Of a stretch of 64,000 nucleotides of DNA, positions 27,643 through 37,387 are shown piece by piece (position 1 is the first letter of the stretch; each line of letters begins with the position of its first letter). Under the pieces are notes generated by a model. It had not been told where the DNA came from and ran no database searches. It saw only the letters and a program-made list of their open reading frames with translations. The DNA comes from Saprospiraceae bacterium. GTDB taxonomy: Bacteria; Bacteroidota; Bacteroidia; Chitinophagales; Saprospiraceae. The stretch spans positions 252 to 64,251 of the forward strand of contig DAOLZQ010000007.1 of assembly GCA_035426385.1 (NCBI GenBank), written 5' to 3'. Position numbers and translations under genes: made by a program.

Positions 27643-28479
27643 ATGAGATATTTGATCATTATTAGCTTGTTCTTTCTTGTCTTATTCAGCACCGGATGCA
27701 AGTCCGAATTTGAAAAAATGCGCGCCAGTAATGATACAGAGCTCGTATATAAGAAAGCTATCAACTATTATAAGGATAAGGACTACTACAAAGCTCAGGT
27801 GCTGCTGGAACAGATCCTAGGTAGATATAGGGGCAAGAAAGAGGCAGAAGACCTATATTTTAAATACGCTTATACCCATTATTATTTGAAGAACTATGTC
27901 CTTGCGGCCAGTTACTTTCAAAATTTTGCCAATACCTACATAACCAGTGATCTAAGGCAAGAAGCGGCTTATATGTCAGCCTATTGTAACTATCTGCAAA
28001 GCCCCGACTATAAGTTAGACCAGACCTACACGTATAAGGCTATAGATGAATTGCAAAATTTCATCAATAATTATCCCCAAAATGAACGGGTAAAAGATGC
28101 GAATAAACTGATAGACGAGCTTCGCGCAAAGCTGGAGCATAAAACCATGGATGAAGCGGATCTATATTATAACCTCCGTCAGTACCAGGCAGCGACCAAT
28201 ACACTACAGAATATGCTAAAGGACTTTCCTGACTCTCGCAATGTGGAAACTATAAGGTACATGATTGTCAAGTCAAACTATAATCTGGCTTCTAATAGCA
28301 TATACAATAAGAAATTGGAGCGATTTGAAAATGCCCAAATTTCTGCAGAATTTTTTATGTCTAAATTTCCGAAGAGTAAATTGAGAAAAGAAATCTCACA
28401 AATATTAAGAACTACCAAACAAAATATTAAAAATTTGAATGATGGATATCAAAACAAAAGCACAGGGAATAGATCCTAA
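27643..28479 (+). CDS. bamD: outer membrane protein assembly factor BamD (TPR lipoprotein)
   Basis: MRYLIIISLFFLVLFSTGC lipoprotein signal followed by TPR-like repeats. The position upstream of rpoZ-coaBC is typical of Bacteroidota. The start was moved from 27583 to 27643. Confidence 0.75.
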   Translation: MRYLIIISLFFLVLFSTGCKSEFEKMRASNDTELVYKKAINYYKDKDYYKAQVLLEQILGRYRGKKEAEDLYFKYAYTHYYLKNYVLAASYFQNFANTYITSDLRQEAAYMSAYCNYLQSPDYKLDQTYTYKAIDELQNFINNYPQNERVKDANKLIDELRAKLEHKTMDEADLYYNLRQYQAATNTLQNMLKDFPDSRNVETIRYMIVKSNYNLASNSIYNKKLERFENAQISAEFFMSKFPKSKLRKEISQILRTTKQNIKNLNDGYQNKSTGNRS

Positions 28480-28774
28480 TTGCCACGCCAGGGACATAAA
28501 AAATATGGCCGCTCAGACTTCAAACATTTATGAGTCAATCTCAGTGATCACTTTGCGTGCACGCCAGTTGCAAACTGAGTTGAAGCGCGAATTAAACCAT
28601 AAACTGGAAGAGTTTACTGTATCTTCAGATACTATTGAAGAAGTACAAGAAAACAAAGAACAGATAGAAATATCTAAATTTTATGAAAAAATGCCCAATC
28701 CGGCGATTATTGCAACTGAAGAATTCTTAAAAGGAGAATTAACCTTCAGATATAAAGATCAGGATCAAGATTAA
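28439..28774 (+). CDS. rpoZ: DNA-directed RNA polymerase subunit omega (Bacteroidota long form)
   Basis: NIYESISVITLRARQL, then LEEF...EEVQENKEQIEISKFYEK, typical of Bacteroidota RpoZ. It overlaps the bamD 3-prime end by 41 nt. Confidence 0.8.
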   Translation: MMDIKTKAQGIDPNCHARDIKNMAAQTSNIYESISVITLRARQLQTELKRELNHKLEEFTVSSDTIEEVQENKEQIEISKFYEKMPNPAIIATEEFLKGELTFRYKDQDQD

Positions 28775-28807
28775 TCAAACATCGCTGATTATCCAGGCTA
28801 CCTCGCT

Positions 28808-30013
28808 ATGGATCTGAAAGGAAAAAAGATAATACTAGCCGTCTCGGGAAGCATAGCTGCTTACAAGTCGATTTATCTTTGCCGACTATTGGTCAAAGCA
28901 GGTGCCGAAGTGCGCGTGATTATGACTCGTGCAGCAGTCGACATGATTGGTGCTGTTTCATTTTCAACATTATCTAGAAATCCTGTGATTTCCGATATCC
29001 ACGACGGAAATTCATGGAATAATCACGTGGAACTTGGCTTATGGGCTGATCTTATGGTCATAGCGCCCGCCACTGCGAATACACTGTCTCATATGGCTAA
29101 TGGCATATGTGACAGCCTTCTGGATGCAGTCTATCTCTCAGCTAAATGTCCTTTACTCTTTGCACCCGCGATGGATTTGGATATGTGGCAGCATAGATCT
29201 ACGCAAAATAACATTGAAAAATTAATTTCTTTTGGGAATATCCTAATACCCGTCGAATCCGGTGATTTAGCTAGTGGCCTGACCGGGCCAGGCAGAATGG
29301 CTGAGCCGGAGACCATATTTTCATTTATAAGTATGCAACTGCAGAAATCCAGAGATCTTTCTGGTAAAAAAGCACTTGTAACTGCAGGGCCGACCTACGA
29401 AAAGATTGATCCTGTCCGATTTATCGGTAATTATTCAACCGGAAAAATGGGGATTGCTCTTGCTATTGCGCTTTCTGAAAGAGGTGCGGATGTAACCCTA
29501 GTATTTGGACCAGGTTCTGCAGATCTTAGTTCTGTAAGCGACCTGAATATCATCAGGGTTGAGTCAGCCCAAGATATGTATGAGGCTTGTGAGCAGCATT
29601 TTGTTCAGGCGGATATAACCATCATGGCCGCCGCAGTGGCTGATTATAAACCTGCCGAGATGGCCCATCAGAAAATAAAGAAATCCTCCGGTGCACCGGA
29701 TTTAAAACTTATCAGAACCATTGACATAGCAGGCACACTCGGTCTGCATAAAAAAGCACACCAAGTATTGGTTGGATTTGCACTGGAAACCGAAAATGAA
29801 ATCTACAATGCCCGCGAGAAGATGATGAAGAAAAACTTTGACATGATCGTACTCAATTCTCTCAGGGATCCTGGTGCGGGATTTGGTCATGATACCAATA
29901 GAGTGACCATTATGTCAAAAAATGGCGCAGAGCTAACAACTGAAACAAAGTCAAAGCAAGAAATCGCCGGAATAATCGTTTCTGAAATAATAAAATCGAT
30001 TAAAAAATCATAG
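28808..30013 (+). CDS. coaBC: bifunctional phosphopantothenoylcysteine decarboxylase / phosphopantothenate-cysteine ligase
   Basis: N-terminal flavoprotein domain (ILAVSGSIAAYKS, PATANT) and a C-terminal CoaB domain (VTAGPTYEKIDPVRFIGNYSTGKMG, AAAVADY). Confidence 0.9.
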   Translation: MDLKGKKIILAVSGSIAAYKSIYLCRLLVKAGAEVRVIMTRAAVDMIGAVSFSTLSRNPVISDIHDGNSWNNHVELGLWADLMVIAPATANTLSHMANGICDSLLDAVYLSAKCPLLFAPAMDLDMWQHRSTQNNIEKLISFGNILIPVESGDLASGLTGPGRMAEPETIFSFISMQLQKSRDLSGKKALVTAGPTYEKIDPVRFIGNYSTGKMGIALAIALSERGADVTLVFGPGSADLSSVSDLNIIRVESAQDMYEACEQHFVQADITIMAAAVADYKPAEMAHQKIKKSSGAPDLKLIRTIDIAGTLGLHKKAHQVLVGFALETENEIYNAREKMMKKNFDMIVLNSLRDPGAGFGHDTNRVTIMSKNGAELTTETKSKQEIAGIIVSEIIKSIKKS

Positions 30014-30014
30014 G

Positions 30015-30929
30015 ATGAACAAACTATACTTGTTTTTACTATTTATCTGCTGCTCGGCATCACTTTCTGCTCAAGAGATACAATATACCATTAATGTCAA
30101 TACACCCAAGTTGCAGACTGCAGATCCTGCCACTATCGAGACATTCAAGAAGACGATAATAGACTTCCTGAATAATCAGGCATGGACCGACGAATCAGTT
30201 AAAGATGAAGAAAAGATCAAAGTGAATCTTCAGATTACGATAAGCAATGATCCTTCACCCACTCAGTTCGAAGCCTCTTTGGCTATTTTAGCTACCCGCC
30301 CGGTATATGGCTCTACTTATGAATCTGTCATCTTTCAATATGTAGATGATAAAGTCAATTTTAACTTCGAACCAGGAAATAGTTATACTTTTAATATCAA
30401 TACTTATTCGGACAATCTCACCTCTATTCTCTCCTATTACTCTTATCTGATCTTGGGTCTGGATAAAGATTCATTTGCTGATCATGGTGGCGATGCAATG
30501 TTTGAAAAAGCACAACAAGTAGTCAATGTGTTACCTACTGGAATTTCTCAGGGTGCTACAGCAGGTTGGGATGTGAATTCTGCCTCTAGAAATAACCAAA
30601 CTCGTTATTATTTGATCGAGAACCTAAATAATAAGAAACTGAGTGCCTTCCGGACCGGATTTTATGAATACCACTTACACGGTCTGGATCTATTCTCTTC
30701 AGATATATTAGGAGCAAGAAAAAATATGATTAATGCACTCAAATCCTGGGAAAAGTCATACGATTCCTATAATACGGCTCTTATCATTTCGCTTATGGCA
30801 AATATCAAGACTGATGAACTCGTCGATATATTCAAGCCTGCAGAAAAGACAGAAAAAGAAGAGGTCGCACGCATTCTATCTAAACTCAATCCATCAGGAA
30901 GACAAAAATTAATAGATCTTCAGCGTTAA
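30015..30929 (+). CDS. DUF4835-family protein (conserved coaBC neighbour in Bacteroidota)
   Basis: Signal peptide. The family was recognised from the overall sequence pattern and the conserved position after coaBC. Confidence 0.6.
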   Translation: MNKLYLFLLFICCSASLSAQEIQYTINVNTPKLQTADPATIETFKKTIIDFLNNQAWTDESVKDEEKIKVNLQITISNDPSPTQFEASLAILATRPVYGSTYESVIFQYVDDKVNFNFEPGNSYTFNINTYSDNLTSILSYYSYLILGLDKDSFADHGGDAMFEKAQQVVNVLPTGISQGATAGWDVNSASRNNQTRYYLIENLNNKKLSAFRTGFYEYHLHGLDLFSSDILGARKNMINALKSWEKSYDSYNTALIISLMANIKTDELVDIFKPAEKTEKEEVARILSKLNPSGRQKLIDLQR

Positions 30930-30931
30930 CC

Positions 30932-31540
30932 ATGGATACTACATCTGCACACCTGGCCATATTTGCTTCCGGAGGTGGCAGTAATGCATTGGAAATAATC
31001 AAATACTTCCAGTACCATCGCACTATTCAGGTTAAACTTTTGGTAGTCAACCGTAAAAATGCAGGAGCGATACAGCATGCAATAGAAAACAATATCCCCT
31101 ATATTTTTTGGTCAAAAGAAAAGTGGAGTGATCAGGTGCGAACCCTTGATATCTTGAGGACTTATGACATAAATGGAGTAATCTTGGCTGGTTTCCTGGC
31201 ATTAATTCCGCCCTACTTAATCGAAGAATATCAGAATAGAATACTCAATATCCATCCCGCTCTGTTACCTGATTTCGGAGGAAAAGGCATGTACGGTCAA
31301 CATGTCCACCGTGCAGTGAGTCAAAGCAGAAAACAAGTGACCGGTCTCACCATTCACCTGATCAATACTCAATATGATGAGGGCAAGATATTGGCTCAAT
31401 GCCGAATTCCGATAATTGCAGGAATGGATCATCAGAATATTGCCGCTAAAGTTTTAAAATATGAACATCGACTCTACTCACCCGTGATAGAATTCTTTTT
31501 CAAATGTATTTCAGCTGAGAAAATCCACCCATCTGATTAA
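30932..31540 (+). CDS. purN: phosphoribosylglycinamide formyltransferase
   Basis: FASGGGSN, LAGF and NIHPALLP..GG motifs of PurN. Confidence 0.85.
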   Translation: MDTTSAHLAIFASGGGSNALEIIKYFQYHRTIQVKLLVVNRKNAGAIQHAIENNIPYIFWSKEKWSDQVRTLDILRTYDINGVILAGFLALIPPYLIEEYQNRILNIHPALLPDFGGKGMYGQHVHRAVSQSRKQVTGLTIHLINTQYDEGKILAQCRIPIIAGMDHQNIAAKVLKYEHRLYSPVIEFFFKCISAEKIHPSD

Positions 31541-31591
31541 ATTTAATTGAAATCCTGAGGGTATAATTATACATTTACACACTCAGCAAAA

Positions 31592-33181
31592 TTGACTGGG
31601 TTTCACATATCCAATTCATTTATAAATTATTTCATTTTGAAAAATACAATTCTGTCCCTCCTATTTATATTAGTAGTGATAACCATCGATGGTCAAACTA
31701 AACCTGAAGCAAAGAAATCACCGGTTGAATACAACATCAATCCTAAAGATACTTCTCGATTTGATCGAAAGATGAATATGGATTATAAAGCAGCTAAAGA
31801 TGCTTCTGTAATGATCAATGGCAAGTCTGTCCCATACACTGTGACTGCGTCTACCACACCTGTATGGGATGATAACGGCAAGACCATAGCCGGTATTTTT
31901 TCAGTTTATTATGAACGAACTGATATCACTGATAAAACTACCAGGCCGATCGTATTTTCCTTCAATGGTGGTCCAGGTTCGGCTTCTCTATGGATGATGA
32001 TCGGATACACTGGACCCCGTCTGGTCAAAATAGATAGTGAAGGCTACCCAATTCAACCATTCGGCTTAAAGGACAATCCCAATTCGATTCTGGATGTTGC
32101 CGACCTAGTCTATGTAGATCCTGTCAATACGGGTTTCTCGAGACCCATCAGTGATAAATATGCCAAGGATAAATTCTTTGGGGTAAATGCGGATATTGAA
32201 TACTTAGCAGAATGGGTAAATAGCTTTGTGACTAACCATAAGAGGTGGGCTTCTCCAAAGTTTCTTATAGGAGAAAGCTATGGTACAGTTAGGGTTGCAG
32301 GTCTGGCTCTGGAGTTGCAACAATCACAATGGATGTATCCAAATGGAGTGGTACTAGTCTCCCCGACTACTCTAGGCATAGATCGGAGTGGACCAATCAA
32401 TGATGCACTAAGATTGCCTTATTTCGCAGCAACTGCCTGGTATCACAAAGCGCTTGCACCTCAGTTTCAAAATTTGGATCTTAATAATTTTCTGCCTGAG
32501 GTAGAAAGATTTACACTTGATGAATTATTGCCAGCAGTCGCTATGGGTAGTTCACTGGATACTGATAGAAAGAATAAAATAGTCAGCCGTTTTGCTGCAT
32601 ACTCAGGCCTTTCTGAGCAAGTAGTGCGGGATTACAACCTTCAGGTACCATTCAACTTTTATTGGAAGGAATTACTGCGTAGCAGAGGTCAGACTATTGG
32701 CCGTCTGGACTCGAGATATGTCGGTATAGATAACCAGGATGCGGGGAATAGTCCGGAGTATAATGCAGAGTTTGTAGCGTGGTTACAATCTTTCACTCCT
32801 TCCATCAATATGTATCTCAGGGATGAATTGGGATTTCAGACCAGTTTAAAGTATAATGTCTTTGGTTCGGTGTACCCCTGGAATAATAACAACAATAATA
32901 CAGGCAGTAATTTGCGTAGCGCCATGGCTCAGAATCCTTATCTACATCTCATGGTACAGTCGGGCTACTATGATGGCGCCTGTGACTATTTCAATGCAAA
33001 ATACAACCTCTGGCAATTGGATTTTAATGGACGCGTAAAAGATCGGATGAGTTGGAAAGGATATCGAGGTGGCCACATGATGTACCTGCGTCAGGAAGAT
33101 CTTAAGTTGGCTACACAGGATCTTAGAGATTTTATCAAGCAGAGCATCGATGCCACCTCAGTACCTGCCAGATACAAGTAA
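31592..33181 (+). CDS. peptidase S10-family serine carboxypeptidase-like protein
   Basis: FNGGPGSAS and the catalytic-serine motif GESYGT. The track start is a TTG. An alternative TTG at 31637 gives a cleaner signal peptide (MKNTILSLLFILVV). Confidence 0.7.
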   Translation: MTGFHISNSFINYFILKNTILSLLFILVVITIDGQTKPEAKKSPVEYNINPKDTSRFDRKMNMDYKAAKDASVMINGKSVPYTVTASTTPVWDDNGKTIAGIFSVYYERTDITDKTTRPIVFSFNGGPGSASLWMMIGYTGPRLVKIDSEGYPIQPFGLKDNPNSILDVADLVYVDPVNTGFSRPISDKYAKDKFFGVNADIEYLAEWVNSFVTNHKRWASPKFLIGESYGTVRVAGLALELQQSQWMYPNGVVLVSPTTLGIDRSGPINDALRLPYFAATAWYHKALAPQFQNLDLNNFLPEVERFTLDELLPAVAMGSSLDTDRKNKIVSRFAAYSGLSEQVVRDYNLQVPFNFYWKELLRSRGQTIGRLDSRYVGIDNQDAGNSPEYNAEFVAWLQSFTPSINMYLRDELGFQTSLKYNVFGSVYPWNNNNNNTGSNLRSAMAQNPYLHLMVQSGYYDGACDYFNAKYNLWQLDFNGRVKDRMSWKGYRGGHMMYLRQEDLKLATQDLRDFIKQSIDATSVPARYK

Positions 33182-33272
33182 ATGTTATAGACTGGTTTAT
33201 TCCGAAATTTCTTCATTGGGCAATGATTTGTCTCACGTAGTCGAAAAAATAAGGTATTTCTCTCATAACGGC

Positions 33273-33280
33273 TATCTTTG
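33273..33280 (+). promoter_or_regulatory. -7 promoter box TATCTTTG for lepB
   Basis: Exact TAnnTTTG, 22 nt upstream of the GTG at 33303. Confidence 0.45.
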
Positions 33281-33302
33281 CCGCTATTAAATTATTCAGC
33301 AA

Positions 33303-34880
33303 GTGTGGTTATTAATCTTTCTATTCCTTTCGTACCTATTATTAAGTATAAGTCTTCAAAAAATATTTGTAAAGGCTGGCTATAATGCCAAAGATGCGCT
33401 CATTCCAGGTAAGAACTTTGGTATCTGGGCAAAAATAATTGGCCGAACCCCTGCTTACGCCTGGTGGTTGCTTTTCCCAATAGTCAATATTTTTATATTC
33501 TGTGGGATGGCAGTAGATCTGGTACAGTCATTTGGTAAAAATTCATTTTTTGAAAGTGCCTTGGCTGTTATATATGCCCCTCTTGCATTTTTCAGAATCG
33601 GCAATGATGAGAAATCAAAATATATTGGTCCAAACCTTCAGATGGAGAGAAATTATCATCAGGAACTGAAGGCAGCTTATGACAGAAAAGATAATTATGC
33701 TATAAAAAAACTAGAGGCTAATAATCCATTCAAAAAGACCAAAATTCGCGAATGGTCGGAGAGTATCATTTTTGCTGTATTTGCGGCAGCTTTTATTCGG
33801 ATGTTTTTGATAGAAGCATACGTCATCCCTACCTCTTCCATGGAAGGTTCACTGAAAGTGGGTGATTACCTCTTCGTCAGTAAAGCGCATTATGGCATAC
33901 GGACACCTATGACTATCGCTATGGTTCCCTTGATTCACAATCGCCTTCCATTTTTTGATAGAGAATCCTATCTTCGATGGCCCAGTTTAGATTATCATCG
34001 GTTACCGGCACTCACACCGATCAAGAGATATGACCCTGTAGTGTTCAATTACCCGGAAGGAGATAGTGTATATGTAGTTCCCAATCGCACAGTCAGTGAA
34101 TATGACAATCGACGCCGAGATATGCACCTGGAGTCCAGCTATCCGCTCACAGTGAGGCCAATGGATAAGATGGATCATTATATCAAACGCTGCATCGGAA
34201 TGCCGGGCGACTCTCTTAAAGTGGTAGATAAACAAGTTTACATCAATAATAAGCCGGCTCAGAATCCACGCTACATGCAGTATTTCTGCAGAGTCACACC
34301 TACCCAACCCGTTGATCTAAGTATACTGGATGACTTGGGAGTAAATCTCAACGAATGCGATCCCCAAAAAGGTGAATATTATCTGACAAAAGAGCAGCGA
34401 GAATATCTGGAACAAAATGTCAAGGGAATCAAGATCAATATCATACAGAGTCCCGTCGAACCGATTTTTGCAGTCATGTTATTCCCTCACGACAAGGCTA
34501 ATTATAAGGGGTGGACTACAGATAACTACGGGCCTATTTGGATCCCTGCTAAAGGTGCTACCACCAAACTGACACCTCAGAATATTGCTTTCTACAGACG
34601 TGTGATCACAGTATATGAACGAAACACACTTACACAGGAAGGTGATAAGTTTATCATCAATGGTAAGCAGACTGACCAATATACATTCAAACAGAATTAT
34701 TATTGGATGATGGGTGACAATAGGGATAACTCTGAGGATTCTCGCTTCTGGGGTTACGTACCTGAAGAAAACATAGTGGGTAAGCCACTGTTTATCTTTT
34801 TTAGTAAATATAGCGATCCATACAACGGTTCTAAAATCCGATGGGATAGAGTATTTACAATCGCTAATAAATTTGAATAG
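33303..34880 (+). CDS. lepB: signal peptidase I fused to an N-terminal DUF5684-like membrane domain
   Basis: S26 motifs SSMEGSL (catalytic Ser), KRCIGMPGD (catalytic Lys box) and GDNRDNSEDSRFWGYVP. The first roughly 110 aa (KIFVKAGYNAKDALIPGKN..WWLLFPIVNIF..SFGK) resemble DUF5684. Confidence 0.85.
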   Translation: MWLLIFLFLSYLLLSISLQKIFVKAGYNAKDALIPGKNFGIWAKIIGRTPAYAWWLLFPIVNIFIFCGMAVDLVQSFGKNSFFESALAVIYAPLAFFRIGNDEKSKYIGPNLQMERNYHQELKAAYDRKDNYAIKKLEANNPFKKTKIREWSESIIFAVFAAAFIRMFLIEAYVIPTSSMEGSLKVGDYLFVSKAHYGIRTPMTIAMVPLIHNRLPFFDRESYLRWPSLDYHRLPALTPIKRYDPVVFNYPEGDSVYVVPNRTVSEYDNRRRDMHLESSYPLTVRPMDKMDHYIKRCIGMPGDSLKVVDKQVYINNKPAQNPRYMQYFCRVTPTQPVDLSILDDLGVNLNECDPQKGEYYLTKEQREYLEQNVKGIKINIIQSPVEPIFAVMLFPHDKANYKGWTTDNYGPIWIPAKGATTKLTPQNIAFYRRVITVYERNTLTQEGDKFIINGKQTDQYTFKQNYYWMMGDNRDNSEDSRFWGYVPEENIVGKPLFIFFSKYSDPYNGSKIRWDRVFTIANKFE

Positions 34881-34889
34881 AAAAAGCTA

Positions 34890-35660
34890 GTGATTTTCAT
34901 GGGGAATAAACTGCCGACCGATCTATTGCGGTATCCCACTGATTCCATTGTATCTCTCGTGCCTTCGCTCACAGAATTACTTTATTATCTTGATGTCAAT
35001 GCGCAAATAAAAGGTATTACTAAATTCTGTGAACTACCTGAAATAAAAATTCCTAGACCAATTATTGTTGGCGGCACAAAGAATCCGCATCTTAAAAGGA
35101 TTCAAGCTTTAGATCCTGAACTGATCATAGCCAATAGGGAAGAAAACCGTCAAGAAGATATCATTTCATTGGATAGTGATGACAAGCTCATCTGGGTAAC
35201 CGATATAAATGATATCTCGGAAAATATATTATTCATTAGATCACTTGGTGAATTATTACAAAATAGCAGGGCCGAACCATTGGCTGCAGAAATGGAAAGA
35301 ATCTACTCTGATGTACAGAATATTTTGTATCCATCGTCTGCCGCATACCTCATCTGGCAAGAGCCTTATATGGTAGTTGCGAACAATACATTCATCAATA
35401 GTATGTTAGCGGCGAGTGGATTCTTCAATGTATTTGGAGACCAAGAGAGATATCCTGTTACCACACTTGGAGAAATAATAGAACTAGCGCCACAAAAAAT
35501 ATTTTTATCTTCTGAGCCCTATCCCTTTAATGAAGCACATCTAAGTAATTTTGAGACTAATTTTCCCACCTCGGAAATTAAATTGGTAGATGGGAAGATG
35601 TTTTCTTGGTATGGATCTCGTCCCCTATTGGCTAAAAAATATTTTGAAACGTTAACATAG
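34890..35660 (+). CDS. periplasmic binding protein, helical-backbone metal/cobalamin receptor family
   Basis: IVSLVPSLTELL...GITKFC...ALDPELIIANRE pattern of the Peripla_BP_2/BtuF-like family. The ATG at 34899 is a possible alternative start. Confidence 0.6.
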   Translation: MIFMGNKLPTDLLRYPTDSIVSLVPSLTELLYYLDVNAQIKGITKFCELPEIKIPRPIIVGGTKNPHLKRIQALDPELIIANREENRQEDIISLDSDDKLIWVTDINDISENILFIRSLGELLQNSRAEPLAAEMERIYSDVQNILYPSSAAYLIWQEPYMVVANNTFINSMLAASGFFNVFGDQERYPVTTLGEIIELAPQKIFLSSEPYPFNEAHLSNFETNFPTSEIKLVDGKMFSWYGSRPLLAKKYFETLT

Positions 35661-35761
35661 GAATGATTTTAAAATGATCTCCAACAAATTAATTTTATAA
35701 TCGAAGAGGTCTTACACCAATAATTTTAGTAGTTTCAATTAATATTAATTCCTCTGCCGAT

Positions 35762-37375
35762 ATGAATATATTCAAATCAACAACACTCTTCTTGATGATT
35801 ATCCTGTGTTTCTGCAGTGCATCTCTTTATGGTCAGTCACAATCAGGCTCAGGACTCATTCCAGGGAGCTTTATAGTAATCTTCGAGTCACAGCAATCAC
35901 TGGTCTCTTTTATACAGTCAAAAAAACCTGCTTTCAATGGTACAGAAAATGTCAACTATCTGAGGAATACACTACCTATTGCACTAGTTACAGATGGGGC
36001 TATAAGTCTAGAAGAGTTCAAATACAAAATGGAGCATACACCCGGAGTGGTTAACATTCTACAAGATTATAAGCTGGAACAAAGAAGAATTCCGAATGAT
36101 CCACTCTATGGCCCCAGTCAATGGAATATGCCCATCATCAAAGCACCGCAAGCTTGGGAGATTACGACCGGAGGAGAGACAGAGTCTGGTGATGAGATCG
36201 TAGTTGGTGTCCTGGATGATGGGTTTCTTATAGACCATCCGGATCTCATGGACAATGTATTTACAAATCCATTTGAAATTCCGGACAATGGTCTCGATGA
36301 TGATGAAAATGGGTATATCGATGATGTGCATGGCGTAGATATCCTGACCCGAGCTAACACTCACCAGGTAAAATCTCATGGTACTGGTGTCATGTCTATA
36401 ATCGGTGCACGTGGAAACAATGCAAAAGGGATGACCGGGATAAATTGGAACGTTAAAATATTACCGGTTAGTAATGTTTTTACAGCCGGAATATCCGGCC
36501 TTCTGCAGGGTTATGATTATATCTCAGGATTCAGAAAACGATTCAATGAATCAGATGGATCAAAAGGCGCTTTAGTAGTTTCTATCAATTTCAGTGGCGG
36601 GCTACCCAAAAAATTCCCTACTGATTATCCCATTTGGTGTGAGATGTATGAATCAGTGGGAGAACAAGGCATTTTATCTGTCTGCGCTACCGTCAATAGT
36701 GATGTCAATGTAGATATAGAAGGGGACTTACCCACACTGTGTACGAGTGACTACCTCATTATGGTTACCAATACTACCCCTGCTGATGTGAAGTACAGCG
36801 GCGCAGGATACAGCAGCATAGCGGTGGATTTAGGCGCACCCGGAGAAGGAAACATCGCCGCCAATGGCATAGGTGATTATAGCACCTTTGGTGGCACTTC
36901 ATGTGCTACTCCACATGTTACCGGTGCAGTGGCTCTGATGTATGCAAATAAAGGAACTGAATTACAAACACTATACAAAACTGCTCCTGCCTACGCAGCA
37001 TTAACAATAAAGAATGCAATTTTAAAAAATGTGGACCCAATTCCATCATTGACTGGAAAGACTGTCTCAGGTGGTCGGTTAAATCTATTGAAAATGATGC
37101 AAAATTATTCTTCCGCTAAAAAATCAGAATCAACTAAGCTTTCAATTTACCCCAATCCGGCTCAAAATAATTTGATACTTAAGTTGGACTCGGTTGACAA
37201 TAATTCTCAGGCTCAAATCAAAATAATGGATGTCACCGGCAAAACTTTCATTTCCATACAACTCAGTCTTTCAGATCTGCATCAATTGAATATTACAGAT
37301 CTAAAAGCGGGTGTTTATTTCGTTTCAGTAATGATTGACGGAAGCAATTATACCAATAAATTTATCAAACAATAA
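35762..37375 (+). CDS. S8 (subtilisin-family) serine peptidase with T9SS type A sorting domain
   Basis: Catalytic triad motifs VGVLDDG, HGTGV and GGTSCATPHV. The C-terminus LSIYPNPAQNNLILKL...GVYFVSV is a T9SS sorting domain. Confidence 0.9.
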   Translation: MNIFKSTTLFLMIILCFCSASLYGQSQSGSGLIPGSFIVIFESQQSLVSFIQSKKPAFNGTENVNYLRNTLPIALVTDGAISLEEFKYKMEHTPGVVNILQDYKLEQRRIPNDPLYGPSQWNMPIIKAPQAWEITTGGETESGDEIVVGVLDDGFLIDHPDLMDNVFTNPFEIPDNGLDDDENGYIDDVHGVDILTRANTHQVKSHGTGVMSIIGARGNNAKGMTGINWNVKILPVSNVFTAGISGLLQGYDYISGFRKRFNESDGSKGALVVSINFSGGLPKKFPTDYPIWCEMYESVGEQGILSVCATVNSDVNVDIEGDLPTLCTSDYLIMVTNTTPADVKYSGAGYSSIAVDLGAPGEGNIAANGIGDYSTFGGTSCATPHVTGAVALMYANKGTELQTLYKTAPAYAALTIKNAILKNVDPIPSLTGKTVSGGRLNLLKMMQNYSSAKKSESTKLSIYPNPAQNNLILKLDSVDNNSQAQIKIMDVTGKTFISIQLSLSDLHQLNITDLKAGVYFVSVMIDGSNYTNKFIKQ

Positions 37376-37387
37376 TCGCCAAAATCT

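Noticed and set aside
34881-34889. Possible cobalamin riboswitch ahead of the BtuF-like binding-protein gene. Also considered riboswitches ahead of purM, PNP, asd and pyrF.
   Set aside because: The upstream gaps are only 9-60 nt, or the genes are internal to operons. There is no room for an aptamer, and I saw no conserved riboswitch cores.
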